A stretch of DNA of 20,000 nt from Catajapyx aquilonaris (lineage: Eukaryota), in NCBI GenBank assembly GCA_000934665.2, contig KZ538370.1, positions 57,425 through 77,424 of the forward strand, given 5' to 3'. Each line of letters begins with the position of its first letter. Position 1 is the first letter of the stretch. Shown here in pieces: positions 11,912 to 20,000 of the stretch. The notes beneath the pieces are model-generated. The model saw only the letters and a program-made list of their open reading frames with translations, was not told the origin of the DNA and made no database searches. The position numbers and the translations under genes were made by a program.

Positions 11912-12305
11912 GTTAGATAAAAATAAATTCAAAACCAGTCATTATTAGATAAAATCATTTCTAAATAGTAATTACATATTCAAAAATAGTAATTATTATG
12001 AGATAAAATACATTTAAAAATAATAATAAATAATTACTATTTTAATGTATTTTATCTCATAATAATAACTACTATTTTTGAAAGTATTATATCTAATAAT
12101 AATTACTATTTTCGAATGTATTTTATCTAATAATAATTACTATTTTTGGATGTATTTTATCTAATAATAATAATTACTAATTATTGTTAGATACATTCAA
12201 AATACATTCAAAATAGTGTGATTAGCTAAAATACATAGTTCAAAAATAGTAATTATTATTAAATAAAATACGCTCGTACATTCAAAAATAGTAATTATTA
12301 GAAAA
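11912..12305. repeat. AT-rich 34-bp satellite array in three blocks of alternating orientation
   Basis: Unit AATAATAATTACTATTTT(C/T)GAATGTATTTTATCT starts at 12061, 12095, 12129 and (partially) 12163. Reverse-complement units (ATTATTAGATAAAATACATTCAAAAATAGTA) occupy ~11912-12025 and ~12180-12305. Confidence 0.85.
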
Positions 12306-13697
12306 ATAATTTCTAGCTAAAAATGAAAATTTGAACGTAGATATAAGTTATAAAAATGACGAACTAATAATTCTAGCCTCATTTTAAACAATCGACTCAA
12401 CTGATGTGGGTTCAAAGGCTGAATATAATTTCCGCCCTATCCATACCCGTAGGCCATACCCTAATCAACGCATTATTGCCAACCGAGCATCCGGGCGTCC
12501 CAACAATTAAATTCCGTCCCTTGAATAGTATCTGTCCGACCAAACGCAGTCCATAAAATAAAAGAGAGACGAGAGAGAAAAGTGTGGCCATCCCCACCTA
12601 TCTGGGATGGAGCTCAGCGACAAAAGGCTTCATTTTCCCAGGCTGCCAATTGAAATTCAAATTGAGCTTCATGGGGGCCAGGAATCAATGAGTTAGGGAC
12701 TGCTGGAAAAGCTGCGAGCTTTTTCCAACAGTGGAAAAAGAAGGTTTGTTTCAACCTTCTCTTTTTTTTAAAAAAAAGGGGGGGTATAGGAGAGTGTGGC
12801 TAAACCATTAAAGTTTAAGCCGCACTCGTAAAATTGAGGTGAAAAGAGAGCTCAGATACTTTTGGGGTGTTTGTTGCTGAATCGTTCTAACGAGAGGTCG
12901 GTTCGTTAAAAGTTTTTCAAACTATTAATATGATTGTGAGTGGCGTTTTATATTATTGGGTGGATGGAGCGGATTGCATGCAAATTGGAGGGCTCGATAT
13001 CAGGTGACGTCCTTCAGTCACTTTGATGAAATTATTAAATTGATTGATATTATTGAGTTGCACTTGTGTGAAATCAACCAGGGCAATTACACTACACTGC
13101 ACAACAACTGGGCGATAATATACTGAATATTTGGAGGGTAAAATTATTACATCAATTTGTCATCTGCGCCAAATTATTGTTTGTATTTATTAGTGAGAAT
13201 TTGTTAATAAGTGAAAGGGCATTACTGGCCTAAATTATTTTATCATTTGTTACGTAATATTGTGTGACCGATAGGTACACTGTGCGGATCTATCCAGTGT
13301 GTTAAAAAAATGTACAGGCCGCATGTGTGAGAAAAACTTGTCGGAATCGTGCCATATTTTCATTACAAACCATGTGTACACCAGGAATGTACTGTAACAG
13401 TGAAAAAAATCCGCATTTCACACGACAGCCTGCACCACATTTCGTACCGCATTTTACATACTCTCTTGGCCCATATTACACCTGAAGTTCAATAATGAAG
13501 TACACCCTATAGCTAATTACATAGCCCCTATTCATCTCCCTATATTAATTTTTAAATAATCACTGAACCAGCCACTTCATATTTGATTGTTGTTTGCACT
13601 TAACTATTGCAAGCTATGTGCCTCTGTTGTTATGTTGCACGTGTTGTTACACTGTTGCCCCAACAATAGCCTAATTGAAAATTAAAAGTCTTCTCAC

Positions 13698-13782
13698 CCA
13701 CTCGAACCACGTCCGGAAGTCCATCAGCAGTTGAAATAAGGTAAATACACAGGAGCAATGTGGCCTCTTTGATCATCTTCAT
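13698..13782 (-). CDS. First coding exon of a probable ionotropic glutamate receptor (kainate-like): signal peptide plus start of the amino-terminal domain
   Basis: Minus strand from ATG at 13782 reads MKMIKEATLLLCIYLISTADGLPDVVRV plus one G, then a consensus donor GTGAG at 13697-13693 (phase 1). It has a basic n-region, a hydrophobic core and an A-x-G cleavage motif. LPDVVRVG matches the LP(D/P)(V/I)I(R/K)IG start of mature arthropod kainate-type receptors. An in-frame TGA lies shortly upstream of the ATG. The family call rests on a short motif only. Confidence 0.7.
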
Positions 13783-15989
13783 CTTCCTGGGAAGGTTGCA
13801 CCAAGCGTCTCAAAACCCTTTATCTTCATGCATTGTCTTATCCCACAAAACTAATAAATATCCCCTATCATTCGATACACTTAATATTGTCCAAGTCCCG
13901 TTACAAACAGTTCTGTCAAAATGGTGGGAACTGTACAAAAGTCTGCAGACACATTTGCGAGGTTCCACCGAGACCGGCGATATATTTTGGACGAAGAGGG
14001 GGTTAAAAAGCGGTTGTCACGTGTACTGGCGAGGACAAATCACGAGCCGACCACGCTTTCGGAGCTTCATCTCACTACTGTGGGCTAGGACTGGATGCTG
14101 CTGCAGAGGGAAGCGCATAGTCCTACATGCCATGCTTGGAAATAGGGTGGGACAAGTTCATAGATCTGTAGGTGTCAGCTATAACAAGATTAGTTTATAA
14201 GCAAATAGTGGTTAGAAATAGCAGTTGAAAGTAACTGCGGCACCATCTGGGTGGCAAAAATAATTTTAGTTGGGAAGCCCATTTCTTTAGAATTGTTAAA
14301 ACATATAATTATAATAAAGAATTTGGAAAATAATTTTCAGCTTACGAGTTAGTAATAAAAATAGCTAAATAAGCATTTTGTAAGCATTGTCGTATCACGC
14401 GCCGAAAACTGTCAGCGTGTCATTGTTGACATTGTGACCAGAATTTTCCAGAAGCGGATGAAACATACTGTACACACTATTCGTGAGAAACATCTTGAGG
14501 TTCTAATATTAGAGTAGTGCTTTACAGGCACTTTTGTAGTTCTGAGAAACTTACATAAGTGCTTTGTGTACAAAATTTTGGGGGGGCTAATATTATGCAC
14601 AGCGGGTTTGTGATAAGCGACCAGGGCGTGTGCGGTGGAGATTGCCAATATAAGGATAATATTGAATATCTAGCCCAGTTTTTTTTTGTGCACATAAGGG
14701 GCGGCCCCTGGTGCTTTTACTTGAAGTGAATCGACCAAACTTTATATGGCGGCGGAACTTTGTACAGCATATGCATGGTCGGAGAAAAGTTTCTGAGGAA
14801 GAGTGTTATTCCCTTTGGACTCATTCGGTTGTAGCCAGGATTGTTTTATTGTGCTCTGGAGACAACAGATGAAAGGAGAAAGAATAGGACACACTGGGTT
14901 CACACAGGCCTTGTTTTCTGTACATTTGAAGTCGTTGTGGTTAGGGCTTACCAATCAGAGCAAAATAATTTGGTAAAACCAGATTGGTTTTCCTGCAGGC
15001 ATGTCTGCACCACAGGTGGTGTCTGGAAGCACATCCTGGTGCGTGTTATTCCCAAGTTCCTACTGTTAGCATGGTTTTCCAATAAGTCGATATATCGCTC
15101 GCTAGGCTAGTTGGATTATACGGTAATTGCTAGTCGATTTTACGATGTCAAGTACTTTATGCCCTTCTTATCCACTCTTTTTAGCAGTTTGGTTGCGAGA
15201 TATGGACATATAGGGTGATAATGCAAATATTTGCACACATTGCACAGTTTACATTTTTAACCAAATGTTATATTCCATTTTGGCGATATAATCATAGCCA
15301 GTCCCCGATTTAATTGGAATCCACTCCTCCATTTAGCCCTCCAACCCAGTTATATATGCATAGAACTAGACATTCAAGTGCGATAAACATTCCGAATCAA
15401 GCGCTTATAATCAGTCCGCTGATTGGAGGGCCATCGTACTACATCTAACCCACCCCCTCCCCGTATCATCCAACACATCCGGGCCGCCTCATAATTCTCG
15501 ACTCAGACACTGGCAATTAACTGATAAGTGTTTAGCGAGCTCAGAGAGGGCTCCAGGAACGTTAAGTCTATCGACACTGGAGGCTGGATCTGCCCTGATG
15601 ATATGAGTGTGCAATAATGGCGAATCCGTTATTTCCAGGAGTTGGCTCCAAATGGAGGGAAATTTTCCAGCGGGCACTTTTCCAGCATTGATGGACGGGG
15701 CCTTGACCCCGCTTTTCGGGTCTGCTAACTGCGTACCGTACGTCTTACACCGTAGTTTATAGTGGGCTAGTAGCTGGCTAGTGGTCAATGGACGCCATTT
15801 TTAGTTCGACCATCTGAAATGTCCGATGGAAATATAGAAAAAAAGAACGTAGCAGCTACTCTCTAATAGCTATTTTCAAAAGAAAAATAGTTTCACTGTA
15901 AATCATGTAGGCTACCGATTCATGTACCGACCTGGAGGTGGTAATTTGTGATCAACAAGTACAGCCTCGAATTTGCTACGTTGCACTGT

Positions 15990-16478
15990 AGTAGTGTATA
16001 TTTTCGGAGTCCCACGCCACATCGGATACAGTAGACCAAAGTCCCACGCCAGATGATCCCTGACGTTATTTTTAACGACTTTTAACGTTAATTTCGCGCA
16101 AGAAGTGTAACAACTATTGTGCCATTGAGCGATAGTTTGACGTGAACTTGACTTAAATGTCGTTACAATAACGTCAAGGAGCATCTGGCGTGGGACTTTG
16201 GTCTACTCAGTGGCGGTTTTAGGGGGGGCGTCCCCCCCCCCCCCCCCCCCCCCCCCNAAAAATGAAAAAAACGGGTGGAAAACTCGCAAAAACCCTCTAG
16301 AACAGTGCAATTTTGCGTTCGTGACTCCAAATTTGGGGTCGCGAGGAAGGGTTGTGACCTTTACCCGGAAAAATTTCGCCTGCGGCGGGCCCTGGGCACC
16401 CCCCCCCCAGAAAAATTCCTGGAACCGCCACTGGGTCTACTATATCCGAAGTGGAGGACTCCGAAAATATATACTGCT
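15990..16478. mobile_element. Non-autonomous fold-back element (~255 bp without the nested insert) with ~105-110-bp TIRs, AG...CT termini and a 6-bp TSD; Polinton/Maverick-like ends
   Basis: The left arm from 15990 (AGTAGTGTATATTTTCGGAGTCC...GTAGACCAAAGTCCCACGCCAGATG...TGACGTTATT) aligns with the reverse complement of ~16136-16207 joined to 16442-16478 (AGCAGTATATATTTTCGGAGTCC...GTAGACCAAAGTCCCACGCCAGATG...TGACGTTATT). CACTGT flanks both sides (15984-15989 and 16479-16484). Confidence 0.85.
16208..16433. mobile_element. 226-bp hAT-type MITE nested in the right TIR of the fold-back element
   Basis: Termini CAGTGGCGGTT...AACCGCCACTG (11-bp perfect TIR, 14 of 16 when extended). Perfect 8-bp TSD GGTCTACT at 16200-16207 and 16434-16441. 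CAG ends with an 8-bp TSD are typical of hAT. It contains an internal poly-C tract. Confidence 0.9.
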
Positions 16479-16693
16479 CACTGTATTTCTTGAACGCCTT
16501 AGGAGTTTCGAAGTTTCATCCACAGTTGTACAGTGCATATATGCAGAAGACACTGTAAGGCAAATATTGTCGCATTAAGTAAAGTTCATAACGAGTCTTC
16601 TCATTTCACTCGATTATAATTCCTTGAAACGCTGCATTTTCCATCTACGCTTCGTCCTTGCGCTATTGGCCAATTCAATTTTAATATCGCCAG

Positions 16694-16893
16694 GATGAAG
16701 GCCGGAGTTCTTCAGAAGAGAAAAAGGGGGAAAGAAGGTGATCGGATTTCGTTTAATTGGAATAAAATTAGACTACCGTTCCCTCCTGGATGCTTTATTC
16801 CTGAGCTGGATCGAAGGAAATTCATCATCTGCGAAGAATTTGTCGATCTATACAGCATAATTTATGACCCACTCTCAGGAAAAGTGCCTGATG
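16694..16893 (+). CDS. Possible isolated exon or gene relic of unknown product
   Basis: CAG at 16691-16693, open frame MKAGVLQKRKRGKEGDRISFNWNKIRLPFPPGCFIPELDRRKFIICEEFVDLYSIIYDPLSGKVPD, and a weak donor GTATAT at 16894. Protein-like composition but no partner exons seen. Confidence 0.25.
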
Positions 16894-17181
16894 GTATATG
16901 AAATATGGAGGGCTTTCAATTAAACTAGAACGTTGCAAAAATAATTTGATTTTGATTGCTTTTTTGAAAAAATGGATTTGACAATTTGTCAAAAAAATTA
17001 CGATTTTACTCAGTCTGCACGAAATTACATAGCTACTGGTAACATCCTTGAAGTGTAAATATTTCTCAACAATCTATTATTCGAAGGTCTGCTTTGGGCT
17101 ATTAAAACTGCTGCAGGCCTTTTAACATGATGTACTAATATTGACGTACATTTCAGTGTGCTCCGTGCGATTAATATTAGA

Positions 17182-17510
17182 TCATGACACTGCACGACCA
17201 TAATGGTATACTAGCCTGTTCTCGTTAGTTTCTGTACAACAATAACTCTCCTCGCTTCGCCTCGGCTGATTAGATAGATGGGTGGAAAAAACTAGGACAT
17301 TTTCCCCTGACCGCCGTTCATTAACATTATAGGGTTTTTCGGAAAGCCTTTCTAGTGTCATCTGGGGATGACGATTATTGGAGGAAAAAGACAAGGAGGA
17401 AGAAATTGCCAGCTCAAAGAGCAGATTGCTTGTGCTTCTGTCTCTAAAGCTTCTTGATGCCTCTGGCGCCTGCATTCCTTCAACATTTTGCTCTAAGGGC
17501 TTTGCTGTAA
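17182..17510 (-). CDS. Possible terminal exon or pseudo-exon of an unknown Ser-rich protein
   Basis: Acceptor TGCATTTCAG ends at 17511. The phase-1 frame is open for 108 codons (TAKPLEQNVEGMQAPEASRSFRDRSTSNLLFELA...GRAVS*) to the stop at 17184-17182. No recognisable domain and no clean upstream exon. Confidence 0.25.
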
Positions 17511-18469
17511 CTGAAATGCAATTTGCAGTTGAAAAACAGCCAAATCACTTCTGCTAATATGATTTCCAGAAAAATTATGGAGCACAAAAAATTATACTCT
17601 GAGGTCATATCGCAGCTTGTTCAACCTCAGTAAAGGGTCCTATAACCAAGTAGTTATTAGGCAACTCCTTGGTTCCTGCTCCCATCTTGAGAGGTGCCTC
17701 CTGATCGGAGTGCGTGAGTCGATTCCTGACTCGGAAAGACGAGAAATCCTATGCATCCAGATGCCCCACTTGAGAAACAAACACTTCCCTTGAAATGTAT
17801 AGGGAAATTTGTTATCCTCGCAGGGATTTGGCCCGATCCGCTAGACTTCAAGTACAACCTAACTTCGTACGTGCAGAGAAAGGAAAGGGCCCAATCACTT
17901 CTCTCGTTCTCTCTTTCTTCTTATCGAGTATTTGCAGACTTATCGAGAAATACTGATAACCTCACTATTGCTCGCAGAAAAACTTCAATTGTGCTAATTT
18001 CATGAGATTCGTTCGACTTACTGTCTCTCTTTTTTTATTTTGAGGATTTTACTTCCCCAAAGAATTCGGGAAGGAAGGCAGTTCCCACAAAGAAGCCTCA
18101 GAAACCCTTCATTCGTCAAATCCCTTTTCATGAACTCCGCAAAGCCCCAAACTAGCAACTCCGCCGAACACAAAACTTTCTTTTGCGGTCAACAACATGA
18201 GTTTGGGCAACCGCTACTTACACTGTAACCTAGTCATCGGATCTGCTCTCCAGCACAAGCGGCGCCACATGGGCCAACCATGGGCGTCGATTTAGTTCAA
18301 ACTCATCTAACATTCATTAAGTAAACTGAAAAGTCAGACATTGCTGAAGTCACTTTCTTTGTGTGTATTAAGCACCCTGTAGAACCCAATATCAAAGACC
18401 AATCAACCTAGTAATCGGAACCTGTGGGTGCTAACACTTACTCCTTCAAAACACATCATCCAAATCTCG

Positions 18470-20000
18470 AGACCCAAGTGTAGGAGAAGATTAGACTTTT
18501 AAGCACCGTCGATTGGCATTGTTCCCACGTCTTTCTCCTCCTCCCCTCTTCCTCCTTCGTTCCGGAGCATTGACGACCCCTCCTTCCCCCACTTGGTTAA
18601 TCCGGGCACGGATGCTCCAGGGGCGGGATGGGAGGGAAGTCCTCCCTTCCCCAGCACACAATCCCCAAATCCCGGGGATTCAAACTTACTAATCCCCTTC
18701 GTTAACTTAACAGTACCGGTCTGGGCTAGGCCTGATGCAAGTGGATCCGGTCAGGAGGAGAAGCACGTGATGACGCTCTTCACTCTGGCGGAGGCGGCCA
18801 TTAGTTACCCATCATCCAGACCACAGCGCCAACTGGGGAGGGTCGCGGTTTTGAGGGAAATGGAGGTAAGGTATATGGAGGAAGTGCTCCTCATTCCAAG
18901 TCGAGTGAATCGTCCTGTTGGAGAGTAGTAGGCTTCCACCATATTGATTTCCTCTCTTAGACAAGTCGTGTTCCAGCAGGTGGAACTAGGATGTGTGGCT
19001 TACCGAAGCAAGAGGTTGAGTTGTCATGACAATCTGCTTAGTCGCCGGGCAGGTGTTTGTTACCTGAGGCGCGATGAAACAATTATGGGTCATTTGCCTT
19101 CTCTGGAGGGTCAGGCAGAAGTGAATTTCTCTGCGTACTCACGATATACCTTTCCTAGCGAAGGTGAAACAAAGCCATTTGTTTGCCATGTATCAACAGT
19201 TCAGAAAGAAATGTCCCGTCGAGTGGGTTACAGTCTGGTCAGGATAACTTTGACCTCGCTCGTTTTCCTCGACTACTGTTGTCTATCTGGGTTTTATCGG
19301 CTACTCCTTTCCGGCGGAATCACGTGGTGGTTGAAGGGGGAGGGGGGATAGAGGGGGCATGAGAGGGGGGGACAACACGAGGTCGAGGTGCAGATAAGAG
19401 CCGATTCTGGAAATATTGAAGGGATACAAGTGGCGTGGCATTGAAGGTCGTGCACCGTATACACGCGCGTTTGAATCAAGTGTCTCTCTCTCGGCCCGGA
19501 TGACATATTATACAGCTCCCTTTATTTCACCATATGGAAGAAGTCATGGACATTTTGGTCATACCTATTGTCCTTTGCAATGCAATGTATGCAGGGGCAA
19601 TGCTGTCGCAATAATTGAGCGCCATTCACAGCCATTGCTCATTGCAAACGGGAGGTGGGGGAGGGGGGAGCGGGGGGTAAAAGTGCCGCCGTCAGACTGA
19701 TTATTGCCGAAATCGTGATAGTTCCTTCGTCCAGAAAATGCAACAGAATTATCATCCTTCACTGTGGCAGCGACACTACGGGGTATAGTCTCGAGCTCAC
19801 AGAGGTTTTGTTCCATCGGCTCGTTCCTTCCGTGCAATGAGGCGCAGTTACATTCCCCTTTTTAATTGTCCACTTTGACTTCTACGCGGTATCTGATGTT
19901 GTTTCTACAAACTGCCCCTGGGCCGTCGTTGGTTCCTCTGCTTGTTACGCACGTCTAACTGAGTCATGTTCTCCAGCAAGCAGTGCAGCTTGCCTTTTAC
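18470..20000 (-). pseudogene. GC-richer region resembling decayed Pro/Arg-rich coding sequence
   Basis: One minus frame gives stop-interrupted but coherent low-complexity peptides (NSLLPDPPEKANDP*, GALPPYTLPPFPSKPRPSPVG, WPPPPE*RASSRASPPDR, PSGEGGVVNAPERRRKRGGGERRGNNANRR). No diagnostic domain. Confidence 0.25.

Noticed and set aside
11912..12305. Regular ~34-bp repeats as a possible CRISPR array
   Set aside because: Units are contiguous with no unique spacers, orientation flips, there are no cas genes and the context is eukaryotic.
12620..12670. LHFPRLPIEIQIEL, an F-box-like start
   Set aside because: The rest of the F-box pattern is absent and the frame is bounded by stops.
13760..14200. 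146-aa plus-strand ORF
   Set aside because: Non-ATG start, no recognisable domain, and it lies antisense to the putative receptor 5' region.
15912..16578. ORFs of 72-126 aa
   Set aside because: They run through the nested non-autonomous elements and the poly-C tract, with no transposase motif.

Overview
AT-rich, gene-poor eukaryotic genomic DNA, most likely from an invertebrate (inferred from GT-AG signals, MITE content and an arthropod-style receptor N-terminus). There are no operons, CRISPR arrays or RNA genes, and nearly all ORF-track entries look spurious or decayed. The best-supported gene feature is missing from the ORF track: an 85-nt first coding exon on the minus strand (13782-13698, MKMIKEATLLLCIYLISTADG-LPDVVRV-G|gtgag). 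It looks like the signal peptide and first N-terminal-domain residues of a kainate-type ionotropic glutamate receptor. I found no second exon, so 1-13697 is probably one large intron filled with transposon debris: two fold-back MITEs, a decayed Cys-rich (CXC-like plus PHD-like) coding relic, a zinc-knuckle relic, a ~15-bp minisatellite, a 34-bp satellite that switches orientation twice, poly-G/C tracts and a 256-N gap. Upstream of the exon is the most interesting structure: a ~255-bp fold-back element with AG...CT ends, an AGTAGT start and a 6-bp TSD (Polinton/Maverick-type hallmarks), interrupted by a 226-bp hAT-type MITE with a perfect 8-bp TSD. The last 3 kb look like decayed coding sequence. 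I cannot support a new multi-gene system here.
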